Shown piece by piece: positions 45,773 through 55,172 of a stretch of DNA of 64,000 nt (its first letter is position 1; every line of letters begins with the position of its first letter). The stretch comes from an uncultured virus (IMG/VR IMGVR_UViG_3300044911_002384) (taxonomy: Duplodnaviria; Heunggongvirae; Uroviricota; Caudoviricetes). Location of the stretch: the IMG/VR virus record IMGVR_UViG_3300044911_002384. One strand, written 5' to 3'. A program made the position numbers and the translations under genes. Under the pieces are notes generated by a model, which made no database searches, was not told the origin of the DNA, and saw only the letters and a list, made by a program, of their open reading frames with translations.

Positions 45773-47257
45773 TCATTTATTGTAGTTCAATTTATTAACT
45801 ACGTATTTTTTCAAATACTCATAAACTCCTGGATTTTTCCAAAAATCTGAATCGACGTTAGCATAGCCTATCGTTGCTTCTCTAGAATCAATCCATCGCT
45901 TGTTCGCTGCTTCCTGAAAATCTAAATCAAAAATTAATCTTTGTTCTCCAATTAACCACGCACTGACTAGTGACTCTCCTTTATGACATAAAGGATGATT
46001 AATGACCGTATCGTATGCTCCTTCGTATGATGTTCCTGTTTCATAATTAATCCAGTTAATTACATCATCAGTATCATTATCTTCTTTTAAATTAGTATAT
46101 CCGTATTTTTCATAGTTTTCGGATATTGAGTTAGATTCTTTTCCTATTCTTTTATTTCGATTGTAAATATTCAGAGGATAAAAAGTAGGAGCACAACATT
46201 CCAAATTATCTCTAATCCATTTTATACCGTTGAGGAAACTATCGTAAGTTTCATGCGGAAGCCCACAGATAAAAGTAGTTCTACTACGATAGAAACTTCT
46301 TTGCGAAAAATATTTTTCAATATCTAACAAACCCTGTTTAACTTTATCTGGATGCATGCCTTTTTTAATCGATTTACCTGTTGGATGATTAAAACTTTCT
46401 ATTCCGTATGTATGTCCAGTATATCCCATAGCAATCATGTCATCCCACGTTTCAGGGTGTGCTATCATTAAGTCTATCCTGGTAAATGCCATAATCCAAG
46501 GATCGAAATTTATTTTTGATTGTGTAGCTTCTGCTAGTAATTTTAATTTTTCTGGATTAACATTGGCTGTACTATCGGCACTGAAAAAGGTTGTAACTCC
46601 AAAATTTTCATAAAGATAGTTCATATTATCTACATAATTTTGTACTTCTCTAAAATTGTCACCTTTAACTCCTAAAGGTTGATATGTACAAAAGTCGCAA
46701 CTAAATTTACATCCTCTGCTCCATTCTATACCTAATTGTTCATTAGATTGAATAAAATCTCTTGCTTCATATTTTAAAGTAAGATCTTTCATAAAAATAG
46801 AAGGATAATCTAACGTAGCTTTAATTAACTTACCTTTTCCGTACAACGTATATTTTAGTTTTTCGGTATTAGTTCCTAAGATGTTTTTAATAACTTCTAT
46901 CATAGCATTTTCGCCATATCCTTCTATATAATAATCTGCTGGTATAGGACTTCTGATAATTTTTTGTCCACCAACAATTATTTTAACTCTTGGAAATTTA
47001 TTTCTTAACCAATTAGTAAGTTCGGAAAAGTCCAGCTGATGCACAGTTCCCCAGGTGTCACTGAAACCTATAAAGATAGTTTTATCAGATACTCTGGTTT
47101 TAACAATCTTTGTTATGTATTCCACACCAATTAATCCAGCATAGTCTATTACTTCTACGTCCCAGTCATGACTTCTTAAAAAACTAGCAATTTTATGTGC
47201 TCCGAGATTTCTCGTAATAAACACATTTTGAATACTGATAATAATAGCATGATTCAT
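45773..47257 (-). CDS. B12-binding-domain radical SAM protein
   Basis: IIVGG, GYGE, SRGCKFSCDFC, GIES, ICGLPHET. Confidence 0.85.
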   Translation of the reverse strand: MNHAIIISIQNVFITRNLGAHKIASFLRSHDWDVEVIDYAGLIGVEYITKIVKTRVSDKTIFIGFSDTWGTVHQLDFSELTNWLRNKFPRVKIIVGGQKIIRSPIPADYYIEGYGENAMIEVIKNILGTNTEKLKYTLYGKGKLIKATLDYPSIFMKDLTLKYEARDFIQSNEQLGIEWSRGCKFSCDFCTYQPLGVKGDNFREVQNYVDNMNYLYENFGVTTFFSADSTANVNPEKLKLLAEATQSKINFDPWIMAFTRIDLMIAHPETWDDMIAMGYTGHTYGIESFNHPTGKSIKKGMHPDKVKQGLLDIEKYFSQRSFYRSRTTFICGLPHETYDSFLNGIKWIRDNLECCAPTFYPLNIYNRNKRIGKESNSISENYEKYGYTNLKEDNDTDDVINWINYETGTSYEGAYDTVINHPLCHKGESLVSAWLIGEQRLIFDLDFQEAANKRWIDSREATIGYANVDSDFWKNPGVYEYLKKYVVNKLNYNK

Positions 47258-47259
47258 GG

Positions 47260-48693
47260 TTAACGTCCTGCAATAGATTTTAACATACTTTTATATTTGT
47301 TGAATAATCGTGCTTCGTGATCGTAGATATCTCCACACAAATTTAATATTTCTTTAGTACCTAAATTGGTTAATTGTTCCATCTTAAATCCCAACGCAGT
47401 AAATGCACCTAAACTCCATGCAAACGCCTTATCTTGAACTCTTATATGTCTGTTCAATTCGCAAGCTAACTTATACGAATTAACATAGTTTGTGTCTCCC
47501 CAGACCCAGTAGGCAGGTTCTTTTTCGTCCGGCCATTCAATTTTTAATTTCGAAGAATCTATTTCCCAAGTACTCATAGTGCTTTCTGCACCTTTTACCA
47601 TAAGTAAAGGTTTAAAATTAAAAAATCCAAGTTTCGAATTTAAAAACCAATCAGCTAATTCATAATGATATTCGTTAGACACTCCGGGTAACCCTGCTAT
47701 AAGACTACAATCAATATGAACTTTGTTCCAACGATTTCTTAATTCTAATAAAAAATCTTTTCCTCTTTTTGCACTCCACGGTTTAAGAACTAATTTAGCA
47801 CCTTCAGGATGAAAAGTTTCTATTCCAAACAGCACTGCTCTTAATCCAGAATCTTGAAGCATATCGATAGTATGAGGATGCTTATCGATTAAATCAGCTC
47901 TTCCATAAATTATGTATTCTAATTGAAACGGCAATTGTTGACTTACTTCGTGTAGAGTTTCTATTCTTTTTACATCAGCATTAAATGTTTCATCGACGAA
48001 ATAATAACTAGTAGTTCCAAATCGTTCGTACATCTCTGTAAACACATCTACCATCAATTCTACACTTTTTTCATCGGACCCGCTTTTTTTACCTAAGTTT
48101 GGACTACGGCAGAAAGGACATTTGAATATACATCCACGGCCCCATTCCATAGGTAAGCTTTCTCCAGGTAAAATACAATCGTGCTCTCTAAAAACAAATC
48201 TATGTGTATTAATGTCGAAAGATTTTCTTTTTAATTTTTGTGCTAATGGTTTATCAGTTAATTCGTCTAACAATTTAAGTAACCAGTCTTCTCCGTAGTC
48301 GATTATGCATTTGTAATCAAACACATCTAAATCTTCTAATTGATTATAAAATCTATGACCTCCTACAACTGTTTTAATTTTTGGAAATTCTTTTTTTATT
48401 TCAGATAAAGAAAAGTATATACTCTCGGGAACCTTTTTAGCATGTATGTTCATCATTAATTCTGAACTCCATGTTGACCACATACTAGAACTAGCACCGA
48501 TCAAAATAGTATCGTCGTCGATGAACATTTTGGTATATTCTAACAATTCTTCTGGATCAAATAAATGTGTAAATTCTATTACTTGGCAAGTGTAACCATG
48601 TTCTTCGATCCATCGAGCTAATAGATAACAAGATATAGTTCTCCAAATCAGTGGTCTATATCCTAATTGGTTGTATAAAATTACATTTGCCAT
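47260..48693 (-). CDS. B12-binding-domain radical SAM protein
   Basis: VVGG, YGE, GRGCIFKCPFC, FVDETFN, GIET, IAGLP. Confidence 0.85.
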   Translation of the reverse strand: MANVILYNQLGYRPLIWRTISCYLLARWIEEHGYTCQVIEFTHLFDPEELLEYTKMFIDDDTILIGASSSMWSTWSSELMMNIHAKKVPESIYFSLSEIKKEFPKIKTVVGGHRFYNQLEDLDVFDYKCIIDYGEDWLLKLLDELTDKPLAQKLKRKSFDINTHRFVFREHDCILPGESLPMEWGRGCIFKCPFCRSPNLGKKSGSDEKSVELMVDVFTEMYERFGTTSYYFVDETFNADVKRIETLHEVSQQLPFQLEYIIYGRADLIDKHPHTIDMLQDSGLRAVLFGIETFHPEGAKLVLKPWSAKRGKDFLLELRNRWNKVHIDCSLIAGLPGVSNEYHYELADWFLNSKLGFFNFKPLLMVKGAESTMSTWEIDSSKLKIEWPDEKEPAYWVWGDTNYVNSYKLACELNRHIRVQDKAFAWSLGAFTALGFKMEQLTNLGTKEILNLCGDIYDHEARLFNKYKSMLKSIAGR

Positions 48694-48713
48694 GAGTAGT
48701 ACTTATTGAAAAT

Positions 48714-48735
48714 AAAAGGCACCGAAGTGCCTTTT
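48714..48735. terminator. Intrinsic terminator after tmRNA
   Basis: AAAAGGCAC-cgaa-GTGCCTTTT. Confidence 0.85.
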
Positions 48736-48736
48736 A

Positions 48737-49220
48737 GACTATTGGGTAACAAGGTGGTCAACCCCGAAGTTCTGCTGTTTTTTAGGCAGCTAAAGCAAAA
48801 GCTTCATCGTTAGCGGCTACGCTAACTGGGCTCTGCCAGAACTTGAATGTAGATACGTTTGCATCTATAGTTTTGCTTGATTGACAGTCATCGCCTACTG
48901 TGTAGATCCTTTGAATACTTGCTCGTCAATCGATACTATTTCCGGCCCATCATAAGAAAACTTCTTCGCCTTGCTCATCACAAAGCATTGTGTAAAAATC
49001 ATTTGGTCCGCCAACGAACTTAAACATCCAACTACCTTGGTTTGCTTCTCGTTCAGTGCGAACTAAAATATCCTTTTCGGTAAACCTGGTGCCATAAATT
49101 ACAGGCAATATGTCTCCGTCACGGGTTTTAACACAAATCTTCATCAAACTTCCTTATGGTGGACCGGCCGGGTACCGCCCCCGGGTCTTGTCCGATCTTT
49201 CTTCTTAGGCATTGTACTAC
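48737..49220 (-). ncRNA. ssrA: Circularly permuted (two-piece) tmRNA
   Basis: Acceptor piece ends ...CCGGGGGCGGTACCCGG-CCGGTCC-ACCA (49157); coding piece begins GGGCCGG (48948), giving G3:U70; tag ORF 48782-48862 ends ANDEAFALAA; outer ends approximate. Confidence 0.9.
48950..49147 (-). CDS. Hypothetical protein inside tmRNA intervening segment
   Basis: 65-aa ORF with AAGGA SD filling the spacer between the two tmRNA pieces. Confidence 0.5.
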   Translation of the reverse strand: MMKICVKTRDGDILPVIYGTRFTEKDILVRTEREANQGSWMFKFVGGPNDFYTMLCDEQGEEVFL

Positions 49221-49235
49221 AATATCTTCCTACCT

Positions 49236-49388
49236 TTAGTATAACCCTTCATACAACAATTCTTTTAACTTTGAACAATATTCTTGACATTGTCCACAGT
49301 TGTGATCTGCTTGCATTATACGCTCTATAAGATCCTCTTGTCTAGTGTAATCGGATTCTTTTATATTTCGACACACACAAACAACCAT
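49236..49388 (-). CDS. Bfd-like 2Fe-2S ferredoxin (50 aa)
   Basis: Not in ORF track; MVVCVCRNIKESD...NCGQCQEYC. Confidence 0.6.
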   Translation of the reverse strand: MVVCVCRNIKESDYTRQEDLIERIMQADHNCGQCQEYCSKLKELLYEGLY

Positions 49389-49517
49389 TTTAATCTTCTT
49401 CCTTTTTTTCTATAGACTCGTAATATATTATAGCACCTGCTATTGTTAAACACAATGTTATTAATAATCCGAGTAAAAATCCAATTATAAAATACAGTTG
49501 CTCGGTTCCCATAATTT

Positions 49518-50075
49518 TTATTTATTGATAAGTTCTATACTATTTAAAATTGTATGATAATCGTAATCTTGCCAGCCCCAACGAATTGCATACCGATTGA
49601 CATCTTGTTCAAGTTTAAAAACATTATGAATTTTTCTAACATTTAATAAAAAACATTCTCCTTTTTTAGCGGAAAAAGAACAAGCCATTTTCAAATCTTT
49701 AATCTCATAAACTTTAGCATTATTTTTATACAATTTGCCATCGCCGTAGTGTTGAGGAATAGTGTCTCCTTCTGTATCTATTTTTTGATCCCAAAAACTT
49801 GTTATTGACTTATCGGCTTCGAGATAATAATTAAGAGCTACAGTATGTTGGTCAACATGAGGATCGATACCATCGCCTGTGATTTCTGTAATTAATACTA
49901 AAGATGGATCAATGTTAAATTTAATTTTTTCTTTTATTAAACTGTCGAAATAGTCCTTATCTTTTATCAGATAATTTTTAAAAGTTGTACCGTATCCTTC
50001 GAAATATTTTCCTTTAATACGATCAAGATCGACGTTTTCTAAATGTAAATCTAATTTTACAAAATAGTCTTTCAT
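49518..50075 (-). CDS. Putative Fe(II)/2OG-type oxygenase
   Basis: PHVD, ALNYY, FLLNVRKIHNV, RYAI; start taken at ATG 50075. Confidence 0.55.
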   Translation of the reverse strand: MKDYFVKLDLHLENVDLDRIKGKYFEGYGTTFKNYLIKDKDYFDSLIKEKIKFNIDPSLVLITEITGDGIDPHVDQHTVALNYYLEADKSITSFWDQKIDTEGDTIPQHYGDGKLYKNNAKVYEIKDLKMACSFSAKKGECFLLNVRKIHNVFKLEQDVNRYAIRWGWQDYDYHTILNSIELINK

Positions 50076-50111
50076 CCAATATTTATAAATACGCTGTCCA
50101 GGAGCAAATAA

Positions 50112-50273
50112 ATGCAGCCTATTTTTGAAGATAATACATCTTATATAAAACCAAATAAATGTTCGTGTGGTTGCTATCGGCACTGTGGGCATAGTTGTTT
50201 AACAGATGACTGCGACTGTAATGAATGTCAATGTCCAAATTGTAAAGATATTGAAAGGAATCTAAATGGCTAA
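50112..50273 (+). CDS. Cys-rich metallothionein-like peptide (53 aa)
   Basis: Not in ORF track; AGGAG SD; CSCGCYRHCGHSCLTDDCDCNECQCPNC (10 Cys, 2 His). Confidence 0.6.
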   Translation: MQPIFEDNTSYIKPNKCSCGCYRHCGHSCLTDDCDCNECQCPNCKDIERNLNG

Positions 50274-50406
50274 AGCTAAAGGTACTACAACAGCAGCACA
50301 TACATCAGTAGTTAAAAAAACTAAACAGGGTGGTAAAGTAAAAACTAGCTCGATGAATAAAAGCGAAAAAATAGGACATAAATCCTATCGTGGACAAGGA
50401 CGTTAA
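50266..50406 (+). CDS. Small basic protein (46 aa)
   Basis: Not in ORF track; AAGGA SD; MAKAKG...KSYRGQGR. Confidence 0.55.
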   Translation: MAKAKGTTTAAHTSVVKKTKQGGKVKTSSMNKSEKIGHKSYRGQGR

Positions 50407-51011
50407 TCTTGTTTAGCGTAGGCTAATACACGGTTGACGATTCTTTGATAACCTGGGTATTCTGTAAGTTTTAACTCTTCTAACATGTTTTTAATTTCAG
50501 GCCAGATGTCTTTGATATCTGCACCTGGGTTATCTCTTTTAATGTAATCTACATTATGCAATGCTTGTTGAACACGAGCATTAATTTCGCTAGGCTTACT
50601 CCAATAAGGTTCGTCTTTCTTTTTAGGTTGCTGATACCTATCCTGTGCAGCCCAATAACTTACGTGATGTTTTCCTTTAAATTTGATATCGTCCAAGGCA
50701 TGTCTTAGTTCATGCGCTACATATTCTGCTATACTGGCGTAATCTCCTTCTTGCCATTCATCTAAATTTATCACAATCAAAGGTTTTCCACCTTGTTCTC
50801 TATGATATTCAGCTACAGTGTCTTTGTCAAGATAATCAAAAGTCACACCTAGTTTACTTAAAGGAGAATCTTTAATACCAGTTATTTTGCCAATACTTTG
50901 AACAGGATGTTCTGCTGGTTCATTTTGATACATCCATTTAGCCACATTATTGGCTATCTTGTTTATTAGATTACTATCCTTAACTGTTTCCGTTATTTCA
51001 AAAATTCGCAT
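50403..51011 (-). CDS. HExxH-motif protein, possible virion-internal protein
   Basis: VAHELRHALD, YWSKPSEINAR; TAAATA just upstream. Confidence 0.55.
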   Translation of the reverse strand: MRIFEITETVKDSNLINKIANNVAKWMYQNEPAEHPVQSIGKITGIKDSPLSKLGVTFDYLDKDTVAEYHREQGGKPLIVINLDEWQEGDYASIAEYVAHELRHALDDIKFKGKHHVSYWAAQDRYQQPKKKDEPYWSKPSEINARVQQALHNVDYIKRDNPGADIKDIWPEIKNMLEELKLTEYPGYQRIVNRVLAYAKQD

Positions 51012-51139
51012 CCAGTATTTAGTTTACCTTTGTGGTGTGCGATGGGGCTCCGGTGGAGAGGGTGGTGCTGGGTAACGTTTAGATTTATGTGAGAACCATG
51101 ACATTTTTGACTCCAAAAAAAAGCCTGGAAAATCCAGGC

Positions 51140-51478
51140 TTATTGATAAATTACTTTAGTTCCTATACTTAAATTATTAAGTGGACTTTCTTTAGGTGTA
51201 TAAATTTCTTTTCCTACACCTATCATACAATAGTCGTCTGTTTGTAAATCGTGTATGAACCAACTACTTGTGTGTGTTTCAAAATTTACATATAATAAAT
51301 TTACTGTTTGTTCATTAGGAGCTTGAGTAGCTATAACTAACTTTTCTCCGTATTTTTCCATAGTTGCTTCTACATCTTCGAAACTGCCACACATAAATTT
51401 AATTTGTCTGCTTCTTGGTTCAGCATTAGCTGCCAAGGCTGTAGTAGCCAGTAAGATGGCAGCTAATAAGTTTTTCAT
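51140..51478 (-). CDS. Small exported protein
   Basis: Signal peptide, two Cys. Confidence 0.6.
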   Translation of the reverse strand: MKNLLAAILLATTALAANAEPRSRQIKFMCGSFEDVEATMEKYGEKLVIATQAPNEQTVNLLYVNFETHTSSWFIHDLQTDDYCMIGVGKEIYTPKESPLNNLSIGTKVIYQ

Positions 51479-51482
51479 ATAA

Positions 51483-52958
51483 TTATTTATTGGTTATATC
51501 AAAATTATCATCTGTAGTTAAATTAGGTTCTGTTGGAATAGACGGTTTTTTAGCTACAGGAATTGCTTGAGTTGCATTTACTGGTTTACTTATAGGTTGA
51601 ATTTTAGTCTTATCTTTTTGAATCATTGTTAAGCTGTGTAATAGTGGTCCTTTTTCGAAAACATGGGCACTTTTATCTCTTTGTTGAGTAGAGAAATATC
51701 TTATTTTAACTAGGACTTTTCCTGAAGTTTTATCAGCAATTGTAATAGTAGGATATCCTGATCTACCAATACTTGTACTAGCTGTAAGATCTACTTTAGC
51801 ACTGATCATTCTTTGTTTAAGAGAAGCAAAACTGTGAATTGTGGATTGATCTTTTTCTAGATTTACAATTCGAACATTAGGAACTTTTAACGTAGCTTGA
51901 TGAAAAATTACATCAGCAACTTTTTCTACAAATGTAGTTTCATTTCTTATATTCGATCCTGCTAATTCTTGATTTAATTTTTCGCCAGCTTGTATATATG
52001 CTGCTTTAAAAAAGATCACAATGTCTTTTTTGGCACCTTTAGCTAATACATCAGACATTGTTATACCAAAAGGCTCAAATAATTTTCGTGCGGATTCCAT
52101 CCATTTGTCATAGCCTCCTGATACACCGCCGGTACCTATTTGACCAAACTGTTTGCTATCTGCTTTAAGACTTATGTCTACATTTTTTAAATTTCTGACT
52201 TTGCCTGATTCAGGATCTCTTACAACTACACTAACATCAGTCTTTCTGCTTTTTTGTCCGCTCAAGCCATCACTACTAATATAAATTTCATCAACCTTAC
52301 CATTTTTATAAAAATATTCACTGTACCTTTCTGCATCTAAACTATTTGCATAATGAGCAGTTGATGAAAATAGAAATTCAAATTTGCTCCATTCTTTCAT
52401 ATCTGAAATAATGTCTAAGCTAGGTCCAGTTAATTTAACACTGAATACAATCTTGTCTGCTATGTTACTGTTTCTGTCATTTACTGTATATGTTAAAGAC
52501 GATCCTATTTTTTGTGTTGCCTTGGCCAATACTTGTTTTACATCTTCTGGAGTAATATCACCTATCCTGTCTTTGCCTCTTTTAATTAACTTTGCAGTAA
52601 TTGCAGCTCCTAACACACCTTCTGCTATATCACCTCTATTGAATTTCTTTGCCTTACCTGCATGATTTAGTCCACTTTGAATAACTGAATCTGACCCTCT
52701 GATTATCAACCCCTGATTATTACTTCTTAGAAAATATTTTTCATTTCCTAAAGCTTTGCCTAAATTAATAACCGGTGATTTTTTCGGCAGTTTTTCAACC
52801 CAAATTAGAGTTTCTTCGGGTGCAAAATCTGGTACTACTTGTTGGATAGCAGCCAGGAGTTTCTTTCCATTCTCCGAGCTAGCGACTTTAACTTCGTGCC
52901 CGAAAGTGTAGGTACCTCTAGTAAAAATACTAGCTTCTTTAAGTTCTGTAAATCTCAT
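51483..52958 (-). CDS. Hypothetical protein, possible PD-(D/E)xK nuclease fold
   Basis: GDIAEG...KTDV...ISLK; TAAATA upstream. Confidence 0.5.
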   Translation of the reverse strand: MRFTELKEASIFTRGTYTFGHEVKVASSENGKKLLAAIQQVVPDFAPEETLIWVEKLPKKSPVINLGKALGNEKYFLRSNNQGLIIRGSDSVIQSGLNHAGKAKKFNRGDIAEGVLGAAITAKLIKRGKDRIGDITPEDVKQVLAKATQKIGSSLTYTVNDRNSNIADKIVFSVKLTGPSLDIISDMKEWSKFEFLFSSTAHYANSLDAERYSEYFYKNGKVDEIYISSDGLSGQKSRKTDVSVVVRDPESGKVRNLKNVDISLKADSKQFGQIGTGGVSGGYDKWMESARKLFEPFGITMSDVLAKGAKKDIVIFFKAAYIQAGEKLNQELAGSNIRNETTFVEKVADVIFHQATLKVPNVRIVNLEKDQSTIHSFASLKQRMISAKVDLTASTSIGRSGYPTITIADKTSGKVLVKIRYFSTQQRDKSAHVFEKGPLLHSLTMIQKDKTKIQPISKPVNATQAIPVAKKPSIPTEPNLTTDDNFDITNK

Positions 52959-52967
52959 AATACATAT

Positions 52968-53648
52968 TTAGCGTATCTCTGGGAACAAACATTGTTCTAT
53001 AAAGATCTTAACATCCTCTTCATTTAACCCTAAACTAGCCATTACTTTAGGAGTATGTGGGTTCTGTTTTTGATTTTCGCAATAATAATTCTGATTATCT
53101 GTGGTATTTTTGTGTGTAAAATTAGATTTAGCTACATTACTTAGATAGTATTTTATGCTTGTATTTGCTATGTTAAAAATTTGATCTAATTCGTAGTCTT
53201 CTTGCACATTACCTGCGGCAATCATACTACCAGTAAAAATACGATCTGCCCATTCAGGAAGTTTACGTGTCTTATTCCATTGAAGTTTTACTGCTTCTCC
53301 GGCAAACCAGTCTATTAACGGATGCTCGTGATCTCCTGCTGGACTGAAATCATGAAAACACCCAGTGATTTTACTTTTTCCTGCTATAACATCAAATCCA
53401 TATATTGGTGCCGGATTGTGTACATGCGGAAACACGCAACAATGCATCATCCATAGCCCTTTGGTTTCTCTGGCATCTACAACATCTATGTGTGCTCTGC
53501 GATAACGATCGCTACTCCATACGCGATTAATCCAGCCAGGCTGGTTAAAACGATCCATGCCAGGCTCGAATACTTCTCTTCCGGTTTCATTAAACTGGTC
53601 CTCTAATAATTTTTGTATATCAATAAGTGTATCCCAAACAGTTTTCAT
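52968..53648 (-). CDS. Ferredoxin-dependent bilin reductase (PcyA/PcyX-like)
   Basis: RRAHIDVVD, MMHCCVFP, PIYGFD, FHDFSP, LPEWADRIF, YCENQKQNPHT. Confidence 0.88.
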   Translation of the reverse strand: MKTVWDTLIDIQKLLEDQFNETGREVFEPGMDRFNQPGWINRVWSSDRYRRAHIDVVDARETKGLWMMHCCVFPHVHNPAPIYGFDVIAGKSKITGCFHDFSPAGDHEHPLIDWFAGEAVKLQWNKTRKLPEWADRIFTGSMIAAGNVQEDYELDQIFNIANTSIKYYLSNVAKSNFTHKNTTDNQNYYCENQKQNPHTPKVMASLGLNEEDVKIFIEQCLFPEIR

Positions 53649-53649
53649 T

Positions 53650-54447
53650 TTATACCTTAAAAAACTTTTCAATTATCTTTGCACACAAATCAAACTCACC
53701 TTTGTTCTTTGCAAAATTATAGTTAGAAGGATCTGCATGATGATTATTATGATACCCTTCTGCTGTTTCGATTATCTGAATCCATTTATTATTATAACTA
53801 TTGTCCTTGGTATCAAAACTTTTATATGATCCTGGCAACTTAATATGCACTAGGTACCCTACTACTATATTGCTGGTTAAAATGCTAAGTCCTCCTGCGA
53901 AAGGCATAAGAAACAAGAACAATTTCCAATCTATTAAAAATAGTATTGCTGATATTAAAAACCAGCAGGCGAAATAATACTTATGAATAAAATTTACAAC
54001 CCTATCTTTTAAGATAAACATGGGAATTTTCATTTCTTTTTCTTCTAAAAACCATTTTTTAGAATTTAGTAACCAAGAAAAACATGAATGTAATATTCCA
54101 TCTTTAGGGCTATGTAAATCTAACTCTTTATCACTGTGTCTATGATGATGTGTATGTTGAGCAGCAAATGCAATTGGACTACCGTTACCGCTAATAATGG
54201 ATCCTATAGCAAACAACAAGTGTCTTTTATATCCAGTTTTAAAACTTCTATGAGTAAAATATCTATGTAATCCTATTGATACAAATAATATGCCTACTAT
54301 GCGATACCATACAATGCCTAGTACAAGCCACCATAGCGATGTATAGAAAGCAACAACGATTCCTACTGGAATACTTAAAATATTAAAACAATAAAATAAT
54401 CTAAATTTATCTAAGTAATTTATTTTTTCAAACATTTTATAATCCAT
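53650..54447 (-). CDS. Membrane fatty-acid desaturase
   Basis: HRYFTH, HTHHH, EGYHNNHH. Confidence 0.9.
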   Translation of the reverse strand: MDYKMFEKINYLDKFRLFYCFNILSIPVGIVVAFYTSLWWLVLGIVWYRIVGILFVSIGLHRYFTHRSFKTGYKRHLLFAIGSIISGNGSPIAFAAQHTHHHRHSDKELDLHSPKDGILHSCFSWLLNSKKWFLEEKEMKIPMFILKDRVVNFIHKYYFACWFLISAILFLIDWKLFLFLMPFAGGLSILTSNIVVGYLVHIKLPGSYKSFDTKDNSYNNKWIQIIETAEGYHNNHHADPSNYNFAKNKGEFDLCAKIIEKFFKV

Positions 54448-55172
54448 GCACTGGGATCAAGCTCAAACCATTTTTTACTAAAATTCCAATTTGAAGAATC
54501 TGCATGATGGTTTGCATGTAGAGTGCTGCCTCCTGTTATAAATGCTAAACTTATATAGTTAACACTTTTCCATTCCCCATCTAATTGTTTATGAGCGAAA
54601 CAATTAACACTCATTTCTATATGAAAAGTGATTACCATAGCGAGTAATAGACTTAATGCAATTTCGTAATCTAGCACTGTTAAAAAAAGTAAAGTAATGT
54701 AAACAATTTTTTTACAATTTCTATCAATACGTATCAAATTGTAATCTAAAATATGGTCTTTTATTATTCTTAGAGGTACATGTGGAATGTTTAAAAACCA
54801 TGTAAAATAACTATGTAAGTATCCATGTTTAGGACTGTGTGGATCTAAATCAGTATCACTATGTGCATGATGCCACCTGTGCATTAAACTCCATAGTATA
54901 GGACCCCCCATGATTCCAAAACAAGAAATAATGCCAATGGAATAAGTGATCCATTTATATTTTGGTATCCAACTTTTATGAGAAAATAATTTATGAGAAC
55001 CACATTGGATACCTGCCCAATAAATTAAAATATGAAAAAATATCGTAAATAAAAGAACTTTGACTATATTAAAAGATAAAAAAATTGTCGCTGTAATTGC
55101 GACAATTTGTAAAGGAAGATTAAATTTTAAATAATAATCTCGAAATTCTTTATTTAAATCCAATCCGGTCAT
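54420..55172 (-). CDS. Membrane fatty-acid desaturase
   Basis: HKLFSH, HRWHH, HANHH. Confidence 0.88.
   Translation of the reverse strand: MTGLDLNKEFRDYYLKFNLPLQIVAITATIFLSFNIVKVLLFTIFFHILIYWAGIQCGSHKLFSHKSWIPKYKWITYSIGIISCFGIMGGPILWSLMHRWHHAHSDTDLDPHSPKHGYLHSYFTWFLNIPHVPLRIIKDHILDYNLIRIDRNCKKIVYITLLFLTVLDYEIALSLLLAMVITFHIEMSVNCFAHKQLDGEWKSVNYISLAFITGGSTLHANHHADSSNWNFSKKWFELDPSAWIIKCLKK

Noticed and set aside
45773..48693. Radical SAM genes as PqqE partners of pqqA
   Set aside because: They have an N-terminal B12-type domain and no SPASM Cys motif; no PqqD in the window
50119..50301. Minus-strand 60-aa MCCCC ORF
   Set aside because: Antisense to two plus-strand ORFs that have clear SD sequences
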